A DNA stretch of 24,000 bases from Winogradskyella sp. 3972H.M.0a.05. GTDB taxonomy: Bacteria > Bacteroidota > Bacteroidia > Flavobacteriales > Flavobacteriaceae. The translations under genes and the position numbers were made by a program. Where the stretch lies: the NCBI RefSeq assembly GCF_040493455.1, contig NZ_JANFDA010000003.1, forward strand, positions 347,592 to 371,591. Reading direction: 5' to 3'. Shown piece after piece: positions 1 to 8,501 of the stretch (the stretch's first letter is position 1; each line of letters begins with the position of its first letter). The notes under the pieces were generated by a model. It saw only the letters and a list, made by a program, of their open reading frames with translations, did not search any database and had not been told where the DNA came from.

Positions 1-1986
1 AATATTCTGGATCATAGAGGATATCGTTTCTTCCAGGCAGATTTTGATCCAGATGAAAAAGGAACAGTTCTTTCCGTGAATCATGATGCGGCAGGAACCT
101 GGGTCACTTACATAGGTTATTTTATGTTATACTTTGGCTTAATGGCTATTCTTTTTGCGAAGCATACACGCTTTGACGATCTAAGAAAACAATTAGAAAA
201 AGTAAAAACTAAGAAGTCCAAAATAGCTACAATGGTAGCTTTGCTATTGAGTGTTATGCTTTCTGCACAAACACACTCGCAAGATGATGGACACGAGCAT
301 TCAGAAGTTACTACAACTCAGATTGATTCCATTTTGGTCGCCAATGTTACTCCAGAAGATCATGCAGCTAAGTTTGGTGCCTTGGTGATTCAAGACTTTA
401 ACGGTCGCATGAAGCCTATGGATACCTATGCTTCAGAATTGCTTAGAAAGTTGAGCAAAAATGAAACTTATGCAGGACTTAATGCCAACCAGATATTACT
501 CTCTATGCAAGAGAGTCCACAGTTATGGTATAATGTTCCTATCATTTATCTGAAGAAAAGAAAGGGCGATTCCATACGAAAGATTATCGGTGTTTCAAAA
601 GATGAGAAATATGTAAGACTTATCGATTTCTTTGATGAGCGTCTCAACTATAAATTGGATCCATACTTAGAAGAAGCATATTCTGCACAAATTCCGAATG
701 GATTTCAAAAAGAATTCAAAGAAACAGATCAGCGTGTTAGTTTATTGTTCAATACTATAGAAGGGCAGACCTTAAAGATTTTTCCTGTTCCCGAAGATGA
801 CAATAACACTTGGATATCATCTCACGATTTCAGAAGAGAAGGTTATCGCGAAACCATTAAGGATAGTCTCTATGGAAACTTCATTAATAATGGATTTAGT
901 GCCTATCTCTTAACGCTAAACCAAGCCAAACAAACTGGAGATTTTTCTAAGGCCGAAAGTTTATTGGAAGGCATTAAAAAGACACAACAAAAGATTGGAG
1001 CAGAGGTGATGCTTTCTGATGAGAAGATAAATTCTGAAATTCGTTACAACAAGTACGATATCTTCAAAAAGCTGTTTAGTTGGTACATGTATGCAGGTAC
1101 CTTGCTATTCATCATCCTTATCGTGAAGATATTCAATGATAGAAGTAAACTGCTTAGAATTTTATCCTATTCATTTCAAGGAGTTATTATTCTACTCTTC
1201 TTGATGCATACTGCAGGTCTTATTTGGCGTTGGACGATCTCTGGTCATGCACCTTGGAGTGACGCATACGAGTCTATGATTTATGTAGCATGGGCAACTA
1301 TGTTTTTTGGATTAGCCTTTGGTCGTAAGAGTGCTTTAACTATTGCGGCAACTGCATTTGTAGCCTCAATGATTTTAATGATCGCACATTGGAACTGGAT
1401 GGATCCTTCCATTGCTAATCTTCAGCCTGTACTAGACAGTTATTGGCTAATGATCCACGTGGCAGTTATTGTGGCAAGTTATGGGCCTTTTACACTCGGA
1501 ATGATATTGGGTGTTGTAGCGCTGATACTAATGATATTCACCACTAAATCCAATAGAGAAAAAATGCTGTTGAATGTTAAGGAACTAACCATCATTAACG
1601 AAATGGCATTGACAGTTGGACTAGTGATGCTTACCATTGGTAACTTCCTTGGAGGTATGTGGGCCAACGAAAGTTGGGGACGTTATTGGGGCTGGGATCC
1701 AAAAGAAACTTGGGCGCTTATTAGCATTATGATTTATGCATTTGTTATACACATGCGATTAGTTCCTGGACTTAGAGGTCGCTGGTTCTATAACCTAATG
1801 TCTATTCTTGCTTTTGGTAGTATTTTAATGACTTATTTTGGCGTTAACTTTTATCTGTCTGGTTTACACTCTTATGCTAGCGGAGATCAAATACTTAGTT
1901 TCCAATTTATAGCTGGTGCTCTGGTAATTATTGCTATACTGGCTTCAGTGGCGTATTACAAATACAAATTGCACTATAAGAAATAG
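1..1986 (+). CDS. ccsA: cytochrome c biogenesis protein, fused ResB/CcsB-CcsA type (CcsBA); 5' end lies outside the window
   Basis: Frame 1 is open from base 1 (NILDHRGYRFFQADFDPDEKGTVLS precedes the listed GTG at 76), so the gene starts upstream. The C-terminal half is polytopic. It carries the Trp-rich heme-handling WWD motif (WGRYWGWDPKETW) typical of CcsA/CcmC/CcmF proteins. Confidence 0.85.
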   Translation, partial: NILDHRGYRFFQADFDPDEKGTVLSVNHDAAGTWVTYIGYFMLYFGLMAILFAKHTRFDDLRKQLEKVKTKKSKIATMVALLLSVMLSAQTHSQDDGHEHSEVTTTQIDSILVANVTPEDHAAKFGALVIQDFNGRMKPMDTYASELLRKLSKNETYAGLNANQILLSMQESPQLWYNVPIIYLKKRKGDSIRKIIGVSKDEKYVRLIDFFDERLNYKLDPYLEEAYSAQIPNGFQKEFKETDQRVSLLFNTIEGQTLKIFPVPEDDNNTWISSHDFRREGYRETIKDSLYGNFINNGFSAYLLTLNQAKQTGDFSKAESLLEGIKKTQQKIGAEVMLSDEKINSEIRYNKYDIFKKLFSWYMYAGTLLFIILIVKIFNDRSKLLRILSYSFQGVIILLFLMHTAGLIWRWTISGHAPWSDAYESMIYVAWATMFFGLAFGRKSALTIAATAFVASMILMIAHWNWMDPSIANLQPVLDSYWLMIHVAVIVASYGPFTLGMILGVVALILMIFTTKSNREKMLLNVKELTIINEMALTVGLVMLTIGNFLGGMWANESWGRYWGWDPKETWALISIMIYAFVIHMRLVPGLRGRWFYNLMSILAFGSILMTYFGVNFYLSGLHSYASGDQILSFQFIAGALVIIAILASVAYYKYKLHYKK

Positions 1987-2189
1987 ATTTTTGTTTATTT
2001 CTGGCTAATATTGTTTACCTTTAAATATTCCCTTAGGTAGCTCTACATTTCTGTAGTTAATTAATTACTGTTGAACGATATGGTCGCTTAAGTGACCTAA
2101 AGAAGTATTTTCAAAATATACCTGTATTACGGTATGCTTTTGAATGTGATTAATTAGTAATATTGAATCAAGCTTAAGACATAAATAGA

Positions 2190-3983
2190 ATGAGCAAAAA
2201 GAATCCAATAATCAATTGTCATGCACACGTTTTTACTGGAGATTATGTACCGCCATATCTAGCTAAGACATTTTTAATCTGGCCGTTTTATTACTTATTA
2301 TCGCTTAGAGCGGTGATAAATTGCTTGAGATGGTATCACAATAAGATTAAACCATTTTTCTTTACTAACAAAGTCAAAAAGATTAAGAGATGGTTCTATG
2401 AATCAGAAATATTCTTTAGGCGTAATTATCTACTAGGCACAATTAAAAGACTAGCTGAGATTTATCTTATTGTCTCTATTCTCTTCTATGTTGGTTTATG
2501 GCAATATGACATTACTGAACCTCAAGATACACTTATTGGTAAGTGGGTTGTGAAAGCGCTAATTTTTATAAAAGATAGCGGCTGGATTATTGTTGTTCCT
2601 AAGTTATGGCTAAAAATTCTCTACTTAGTACTTGTGCTAATAGTGTTTAAGTCGATACGAAACCTAGCAATTTCAGTACTCAACATTTTCAAAATATTGC
2701 CAGGGAAAAATTTTAAAAAGCTATTCTCGAGATATGTTCAGATAGGAATGTTTTCAAAATATAAAACCCAAAGTAGAATCTATCAACAACTCGAAAAGCA
2801 ATATCCTCAAGATACAGAATTCATAGTACTTCCCATGGATATGGAGTATATGCAAGCTGGGAAATTAAAGCCAGAGTTTACCATAAATTCTCAGATGGAA
2901 GGTATACTGAAAATCAAGAAAACAAATAAGGAGACTTGTCATCCATTTGTTTTTGCTGAACCAAGCAGAATGAAGGATAAGGCGTATTTTGATTATGAAG
3001 TTGATAAAAGCACTGGAGAAGTGTCTTTGGTAAAAGGATGTCTGGTGCAGGAATATCTTGAAGAGCATGACTTCGCTGGAATTAAAATGTATCCTGCTCT
3101 TGGGTATTATCCATTTGATGAAGAATTACTACCACTTTGGAAATATTGTGTGCAAAGAGATTTACCAATAATGTCACATTGTATTAAAGGGACAATATTT
3201 TTTAGAGGTAAGAAAAAATCTGAATGGGATGAGCATCCAATTTTTACTGAAGGTAAGATTGACGAAGCTATGCGAAAGACCACTGAGCATGATAAAAAGT
3301 TGGATTTCGATATTGATGCCGATTACATTCTTGAAGACGGAAAGCCTCTGTACCTTAATGAGATTAAGAATGTAGACTTCTGTAATAATTTTACACATCC
3401 GCTAAATTACTTATGCTTACTGAATGATGAACTGTTGAAGAAAGTAGTTAGTCAAACTAAAGATCCACGAATTATAAATATCTTTTATGATAATGATGGC
3501 GAATATCGCGGAGAAGGGTTATCAGATTTAAAAATTTGTTTTGCCCATTTTGGAGGTGATGACCAATGGAAACGTTTCTTGGAAAGTGATAGAGATAACT
3601 ACACCTCGCAGTTAGTCCTGAAACCAGATAAGGGAATCGATTTCTTTATGAATGCTTCAGGTAAGCCAAGTCCAGGGAAATTGGCATATGTATGGCGTTA
3701 TGTAGATTGGTATTCTATTATTTGCAGCATCATACTTCAGCATAAAAATGTATATGCAGACATTAGTTACATTTTGCACGATGAGATCATACTACCACTT
3801 CTTAAACAGACACTTGCTAATGATAAGCTTCAAGAACATGTGCTATATGGTAGTGATTTCTATGTCGTTAGAAACCATAAAAGTGATAAAGAATTATTAG
3901 CAGATATGAGAGCAGGGCTTTCTGAAGTAGAATTCGATCAAATCGCTAGAGAAAACCCTAGGGCATATCTTAACTTGGATTAA
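2190..3983 (+). CDS. amidohydrolase-superfamily (TIM-barrel metal hydrolase) protein with a hydrophobic insertion of about 170 aa after the N-terminal HxH motif
   Basis: An N-terminal NCHAHVF (HxH metal motif) is followed later by IKMYPALGYYP, MSHC, CFAHFGG, YGSDFYVV and a C-terminal ARENPRAYL, the order of strand-end ligands in amidohydrolase_2-like barrels. Residues about 25-165 contain several hydrophobic helices (LIWPFYYLLSL, IYLIVSILFYVGLW, LKILYLVLVLIVF). Confidence 0.6.
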   Translation: MSKKNPIINCHAHVFTGDYVPPYLAKTFLIWPFYYLLSLRAVINCLRWYHNKIKPFFFTNKVKKIKRWFYESEIFFRRNYLLGTIKRLAEIYLIVSILFYVGLWQYDITEPQDTLIGKWVVKALIFIKDSGWIIVVPKLWLKILYLVLVLIVFKSIRNLAISVLNIFKILPGKNFKKLFSRYVQIGMFSKYKTQSRIYQQLEKQYPQDTEFIVLPMDMEYMQAGKLKPEFTINSQMEGILKIKKTNKETCHPFVFAEPSRMKDKAYFDYEVDKSTGEVSLVKGCLVQEYLEEHDFAGIKMYPALGYYPFDEELLPLWKYCVQRDLPIMSHCIKGTIFFRGKKKSEWDEHPIFTEGKIDEAMRKTTEHDKKLDFDIDADYILEDGKPLYLNEIKNVDFCNNFTHPLNYLCLLNDELLKKVVSQTKDPRIINIFYDNDGEYRGEGLSDLKICFAHFGGDDQWKRFLESDRDNYTSQLVLKPDKGIDFFMNASGKPSPGKLAYVWRYVDWYSIICSIILQHKNVYADISYILHDEIILPLLKQTLANDKLQEHVLYGSDFYVVRNHKSDKELLADMRAGLSEVEFDQIARENPRAYLNLD

Positions 3984-4546
3984 AGCTCAATAGGTTTTGC
4001 TTCACCAGAAAGGATATCTAGTTTGTAATCTCCAACTCTAACTCGAACAAGCCTTAACGTTGGAAACCCAACTGCAGCTGTCATTTTGCGAACTTGCCTA
4101 AACTTACCCTCGTTTATAGTAACACTAATCCAGGATGTAGGGCCATGCTTTTCATCTCTTACTTTCCGATTGGCAATTGGATAAGGCTTTAACGTATCTA
4201 TTCTGGTGACTTTGGATTGTTTAGTAATATAAGATTCACCATTAACTGTAATAGATATACCATTTTCAAGTTTGTGTATAGCATGGTCAGAAATAATGCC
4301 ATCGACTAAAACATAATATTCCTTATCAATGGCACTGCTATTAATGTAATCACTCACTTTGCCATCAGTTGTCAATAATAAAAGTCCTTCACTTTTCTGA
4401 TCTAGGCGACCAATAGCCATGATGCCTTTAGGAAAATCATGCAACTCTCCAAGTAGCCATTTGTTTCGTCGCTTCTTCTGATTATTAACAAATTGACTAA
4501 GGTAACCAAAGGGTTTATGAAGCATAAAATGTGAGTGCTTTGTCAT
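3980..4546 (-). CDS. pseudouridine synthase, RsuA/RluE family, without an S4 domain
   Basis: The catalytic motif GRLDQKSEGLLLLTTDG contains the conserved Asp. The N-terminal HKPFGYLSQF and the KEYYVLVDG block are as in RluE-type enzymes. The length of 188 aa fits the short RluE-like form. Confidence 0.85.
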   Translation of the reverse strand: MTKHSHFMLHKPFGYLSQFVNNQKKRRNKWLLGELHDFPKGIMAIGRLDQKSEGLLLLTTDGKVSDYINSSAIDKEYYVLVDGIISDHAIHKLENGISITVNGESYITKQSKVTRIDTLKPYPIANRKVRDEKHGPTSWISVTINEGKFRQVRKMTAAVGFPTLRLVRVRVGDYKLDILSGEAKPIEL

Positions 4547-4720
4547 GTAGGCAATTTAAGTTATTTCAGAAATAATGAAACATTTTTTTGTAATTTGAAA
4601 AAAATCCCTCAGATTTGCATCTATGATTGATTAAGCTTACTTCCGGTTCTGTCGATTTTATCGACCCTTAGACATCAAACAGGCAATGTTTGATATTCTC
4701 TATATATTTATAATTCAATC

Positions 4721-6127
4721 ATGACATCACAAATACCATCAATAAAACAACTATTAAAATATTTTAAAATTGCTGTAACTGGCAAGGAACAAAACTTTAC
4801 TTCTGGCAGTATACGTAGAGCAATCTTTATGCTTTCCATTCCTATGATCTTGGAAATGCTCATGGAATCCATCTTCGCTGTTGTAGACATTTTTTATGTT
4901 TCCAAAGTTAGTGTCAATGCAGTAGCCACAATTGGTTTAACAGAATCTGTGGTAACACTCATCTATGCTGTAGCGATAGGATTGAGTATGGCAGCCACAG
5001 CAGTAGTGGCAAGGCGAGTTGGCGAAGAAGACTTAGAAGGTGCTTCGCAAGCTTCGGTACAAGTCATTTTCTTAGGCGTTGCAGTAGCTGCAATAATTAG
5101 TGTTATTGGTATCCTATTTCCAAAGGAAATTTTAGGCTTAATGGGAGCAGAGCAAGATTTAATAGAAGAAGGATACGGCTATACTCAAGTACTATTGGGA
5201 GGTAACGTTACTATAATGCTACTGTTCTTAATCAACGCTATCTTTAGAGGTGCTGGTAACGCTTCAATAGCAATGTGGACTTTGATTTTATCAAACGGAC
5301 TCAATATTATATTAGACCCAATTTTCATTTTTGGTTGGGGACCTGTGCCAGCATTTGGAGTTGAAGGGGCAGCGATTGCTACGACAATCGGTAGAGGTAC
5401 AGCAGTAGTATTTCAACTAGCCATTTTATTCTATGGTTGGAGTAAAATCAAAGTAACTGTCAGAGACTTGGTTATTCGTGCTCAAGTGATGCTAAACCTC
5501 GTAAGAGTCTCTCTTGGAGGTATTGGTCAGTTTTTGATCGGTACGTCGTCTTGGGTATTCTTAATGCGTATAATGAGTGAGTTCGGTAGTGAAGTTTTGG
5601 CTGGATATACTATTGCCATAAGAGTAATGATTTTTACGTTGATGCCAGCTTGGGGAATGAGTAACGCTGCTGCTACCTTGGTTGGTCAAAACCTTGGCGC
5701 GAAACAACCCGATAGAGCGGAAACTTCAGTATGGAAAACAGGAAAGTACAATGCCGTTTTTATGGCGCTTGTCTCTATTGTTTATTTAGTGTTTGCCAAA
5801 CAAATCATTATGTTATTCAACAAGGAACCAGATGTGGTAGAATACGGCGCATTATGCTTACGTATTATAGCAGCTGGTTACGTTGCTTATGGTTATGGAA
5901 TGGTCGTTATTCAATCTTTTAATGGGGCAGGAGATACCAAAACGCCTACATGGATAAATTTTATATGCTTTTGGTTGTTCCAATTGCCTTTTGCTTATGT
6001 TGCCGCTGTAAGTCTGGATTTAGGTCCACAAGGCGTCTTTTGGGCGATTACCTTAGCAGAAGTACTTATAGCTGTTATCGGTATTTGGTGGTTTAGAAAA
6101 GGAAAGTGGAAAACTGTTCAAGTTTAG
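4721..6127 (+). CDS. MATE family efflux transporter
   Basis: The 468 aa protein has about 12 predicted TM helices and the bipartite MATE repeat pattern. Examples are an N-terminal segment (ILEMLMESIFAVVDIFYVSKV), a mid-protein GAGNA-type loop (FRGAGNASIAM) and its repeat (FNGAGDTKTP). Confidence 0.85.
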   Translation: MTSQIPSIKQLLKYFKIAVTGKEQNFTSGSIRRAIFMLSIPMILEMLMESIFAVVDIFYVSKVSVNAVATIGLTESVVTLIYAVAIGLSMAATAVVARRVGEEDLEGASQASVQVIFLGVAVAAIISVIGILFPKEILGLMGAEQDLIEEGYGYTQVLLGGNVTIMLLFLINAIFRGAGNASIAMWTLILSNGLNIILDPIFIFGWGPVPAFGVEGAAIATTIGRGTAVVFQLAILFYGWSKIKVTVRDLVIRAQVMLNLVRVSLGGIGQFLIGTSSWVFLMRIMSEFGSEVLAGYTIAIRVMIFTLMPAWGMSNAAATLVGQNLGAKQPDRAETSVWKTGKYNAVFMALVSIVYLVFAKQIIMLFNKEPDVVEYGALCLRIIAAGYVAYGYGMVVIQSFNGAGDTKTPTWINFICFWLFQLPFAYVAAVSLDLGPQGVFWAITLAEVLIAVIGIWWFRKGKWKTVQV

Positions 6128-6289
6128 TTAGTCTTGCGAATCGTTTGCGTCTAAGTTATCGTCATTAATACTAGCTATTAGTGTTAGAATAATGAAGATT
6201 ACTGAACATCCTAATGCTGAAAACCAGAATAGCCAGCCCAGTAATAAACTAATCAGTGCTCGAAAGTAAATATTTCTTATGAGGTTCAT
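6128..6289 (-). CDS. possible small membrane protein (53 aa), absent from the supplied ORF track because it is under 60 aa
   Basis: My own translation runs from ATG 6289 to TAA 6128: MNLIRNIYFRALISLLLGWLFWFSALGCSVIFIILTLIASINDDNLDANDSQD. It has two hydrophobic stretches and an acidic tail, and it fills most of an otherwise empty 225-bp gap. I recognise no homolog. Confidence 0.3.
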   Translation of the reverse strand: MNLIRNIYFRALISLLLGWLFWFSALGCSVIFIILTLIASINDDNLDANDSQD

Positions 6290-6352
6290 GAAAGAAAATA
6301 ATAGCATGTAAATATATATAGTTTCGTAATTTTAAGGACAGATAAATTTATC

Positions 6353-7528
6353 ATGAAAAAGAATAAATTAGGTATAAATACAATTTGTACGCATGTAGGT
6401 GCTATTGAAGATAGGCAATTCAAAGGTGCAACATCTCCTATTTATTTATCGTCTTCCTATGAATTTATGGACGTAGATGTGAAGCGCTATCCGAGATATT
6501 TCAACACGCCAAATCAAGAGTACTTGGCTAAAAAGATTGCAGCCTTAGAACATGCAGAAGCTGCATTGCTATTTGGTTCAGGAATGGCAGCGATTAGTTC
6601 TACGTTGTTTGCGTTTTTGAAGGCTGGAGATCATGTCGTAGTTCAGAATGATATTTATGGAGGTACTAGAAATCTAATTGCTAAACAATTCGATAAGTAC
6701 AATATCTCGTATACATTCACCAACGGACTTTCAGTTGAAGATTTTCAGGATGCTATTCAAGCTAATACAAAACTGGTTTATATTGAAACGCCATCCAATC
6801 CTTTATTGAAGCTGGTTGATCTGGCTGCAATTGCGTCACTATGTAAAAGAGAAAGTATTATCAGTATTATTGATAATACCTTTGCGACGCCTGTCGTTCA
6901 AAATCCAGTTGACTTCGGAATTGATATCGTTGTGCATTCTGCAACAAAGTACTTTGGAGGTCATTCGGACCTTTGCGCAGGCGCTGTGGCAGCATCTCAA
7001 GAGCATATTAACAAAATATGGGAACTGGCTAAAGATTTTGGAGGCAGCTTAAGCGATTTTACGGTTTGGATGCTAGAACGTAGCTTGAAAACTCTGGGGA
7101 TTCGTGTAAAAGCACAGCAGCGTAATGCTAAAAAGCTTGCAAAGTTTTTGAATAAGCATGAAGCTATTTCTAAAGTCTATTATCCAGGTTTGAAATCGCA
7201 TCCTGATTATGACTTGGCGAAACAACAAATGCGAGGTTATGGTGCTATGTTGTCTTTTGATATCATTGAAGAGCTTAATGCCAAAGTATTTCTTAAGGCC
7301 TTACAGTTAATAAAACCATCAATGAGCTTGGCTGGTATTGAAAGTACCATGATATTGCCTGCTGAAGCATCGCATGCATTATTGTCTAAAGAAGAGCGCT
7401 TGGAGCAGGGCATAGGTGATAACCTCATAAGATTCTCTGTAGGTATAGAGGATAAGAATGATTTAATAAACGATATTGAAACTGCATTATCTATAATTGC
7501 AGAAGGTAAATTAGTAAACACAATATGA
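6353..7528 (+). CDS. Cys/Met-metabolism PLP-dependent enzyme (cystathionine gamma-synthase / beta-lyase / gamma-lyase family)
   Basis: The PLP-lysine motif HSATKYFGGHSD is present, with FGSGMAAIS, YGGT and the DNTFATP block. The length of 391 aa is typical of the transsulfuration family. The exact specificity cannot be called by eye. Confidence 0.85.
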   Translation: MKKNKLGINTICTHVGAIEDRQFKGATSPIYLSSSYEFMDVDVKRYPRYFNTPNQEYLAKKIAALEHAEAALLFGSGMAAISSTLFAFLKAGDHVVVQNDIYGGTRNLIAKQFDKYNISYTFTNGLSVEDFQDAIQANTKLVYIETPSNPLLKLVDLAAIASLCKRESIISIIDNTFATPVVQNPVDFGIDIVVHSATKYFGGHSDLCAGAVAASQEHINKIWELAKDFGGSLSDFTVWMLERSLKTLGIRVKAQQRNAKKLAKFLNKHEAISKVYYPGLKSHPDYDLAKQQMRGYGAMLSFDIIEELNAKVFLKALQLIKPSMSLAGIESTMILPAEASHALLSKEERLEQGIGDNLIRFSVGIEDKNDLINDIETALSIIAEGKLVNTI

Positions 7529-8247
7529 AATTAGATATACTAGCTATAGGTGCACACCCAGATGATGTAGAATTGGGTTGTGGTGCTACAATTGCTAAAG
7601 AAATTGCAAATGGAAAGAAGGTTGGAATCATAGATCTCACCAGAGGAGAACTTGGAACCAGAGGTACTGCAGAGACTAGAGATGAGGAAGCGACAGATGC
7701 TGCAAATATTCTTGGTGTTTCTGTAAGAATAAACATGGGATTTGCAGATGGCTTTTTTGTGAATGATAAGCAACACCAAATAGAGCTCATCAAAGAAATA
7801 CGCAAGTATAGACCAGAGATTGTACTGTGTAATGCCATAGAAGATCGACATATCGATCATGGTAGAGGTAGTAAGTTGGTCAGTGATGCATGTTTCCTAA
7901 GTGGACTTGTAAAGATAGATACTAAGCATGATGATGTAGATGGTTGGCAAGACCCTTGGCGACCAAAGTTTGTGTATCATTATATTCAATGGAAAAATTT
8001 GGAACCAGAAATTGCAGTAGACGTTACTGGCTTTATAGATAAAAAGATGGCAGCTGTTTTGGCTTATAAAACCCAATTCTTTGATCCAGATAGTAAAGAA
8101 CCTGAAACACCAATTTCTAGCAAGAATTTTACAGATAGTATTAAGTACAGAGCCAGAGATCTTGGTAGATTAATTGGCACAGAGTATGCAGAAGGGTTTA
8201 CTGTAGAGCGATATCCTGCAGTGGATAGTTTGTTCGATTTGAAATAA
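7525..8247 (+). CDS. bshB1: bacillithiol biosynthesis deacetylase BshB1 (LmbE/PIG-L family)
   Basis: It carries the N-terminal LAIGAHPDDVELGCGATIAK motif (AHPDD zinc motif), then IDLTRGELGTRG, EDRHIDH and YAEGF near the C-terminus. These are colinear with Bacillus BshB1 as I remember it. The start ATG overlaps the upstream stop (ATGA at 7525-7528). Confidence 0.8.
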   Translation: MKLDILAIGAHPDDVELGCGATIAKEIANGKKVGIIDLTRGELGTRGTAETRDEEATDAANILGVSVRINMGFADGFFVNDKQHQIELIKEIRKYRPEIVLCNAIEDRHIDHGRGSKLVSDACFLSGLVKIDTKHDDVDGWQDPWRPKFVYHYIQWKNLEPEIAVDVTGFIDKKMAAVLAYKTQFFDPDSKEPETPISSKNFTDSIKYRARDLGRLIGTEYAEGFTVERYPAVDSLFDLK

Positions 8248-8287
8248 TTTTAGTCGAAAAGGTTTTGTAAAAACAAGACAAAACAAT

Positions 8288-8295
8288 TACATTTG
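8288..8295 (+). promoter_or_regulatory. Bacteroidota-type -7 box (TACATTTG) for tRNA-His, with TTTG at 8264-8267 as a candidate -33 element
   Basis: The sequence matches the TAnnTTTG consensus of Bacteroidetes sigma-A promoters. It lies 17 nt upstream of the tRNA, and a TTTG lies 20 nt upstream of the box. Confidence 0.5.
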
Positions 8296-8311
8296 CAGTC
8301 CTAATTTAAAT

Positions 8312-8386
8312 GGTGGTTGTAGCTCAGTTGGTTAGAGCGCCTGATTGTGGTTCAGGAGGTCGTCGGTTCGAGACCGATCTTCCACC
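8312..8386 (+). tRNA. tRNA-His (anticodon GTG) with genome-encoded G-1
   Basis: I folded the cloverleaf by hand. The acceptor is GTGGTTG/CTTCCAC with G-1 opposite C73, and the D arm is GCTCAGTTGGTTAGAGC. The anticodon arm is CCTGA-TTGTGGT-TCAGG and the T arm is GTCGG-TTCGAGA-CCGAT. Positions 5:68 and 6:67 are U-U. The supplied ORF 8310-8519 is an artefact of this gene. Confidence 0.88.
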
Positions 8387-8390
8387 CAAA

Positions 8391-8448
8391 ATAAAAGCCT
8401 TTCAGTTATCTGAAAGGCTTCTTTTGTATATAGTGTTTTTAGATTTAG
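8391..8448. repeat. junction repeat copy 1 (hairpin plus right flank)
   Basis: By hand alignment, 8391-8448 matches 10108-10164 at about 52 of 58 positions with one 1-nt indel. The shared sequence is ..AAGCCTTTCAGnnnnCTGAAAGGCTTCTTTTGyATATAGTGTTTTAGATT. Confidence 0.7.
8395..8426. terminator. bidirectional intrinsic terminator hairpin (hairpin-element copy 1)
   Basis: The structure is AAGCCTTTCAG-TTAT-CTGAAAGGCTT (8395-8420). It is followed by CTTTTG on the plus strand and by TTTATTTTGGG on the minus strand. It lies between the convergent tRNA-His gene and the 8502-9959 gene. Confidence 0.65.
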
Positions 8449-8501
8449 TGGTAACGTCTCCAACTATGAATCGTTTTAATGGCTTATGCAAATTGATTGA
8501 C

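Noticed and set aside
3980-3983. The convergent amidohydrolase-like and pseudouridine synthase genes overlap at their 3' ends, with the two stop codons overlapping by 3 nt within the TTAA at 3980-3983
   Set aside because: The overlap is real but is a common compaction feature. It has no evident functional implication beyond the lack of a terminator between the genes.
4620-4720. The hairpin GTCGAT-TTT-ATCGAC in the MATE gene leader, considered as a riboswitch or attenuator
   Set aside because: It is a single 6-bp stem with no flanking conserved structure or T tract. There is no match to fluoride or guanidine riboswitch cores as I remember them, so the evidence is insufficient.
6290-6352. A possible SAM or other riboswitch leader upstream of the Cys/Met PLP enzyme
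   Set aside because: The available leader is only about 60 nt, AT-rich and without conserved helices or motifs I recognise. It is too short for a SAM-I/II or T-box element.
7491-7860. Two listed minus-strand ORFs (115 aa and 106 aa) inside bshB1
   Set aside because: Both overlap the well-supported bshB1-like frame and have low-complexity, Ser/Cys/Ile-rich translations with no motifs.
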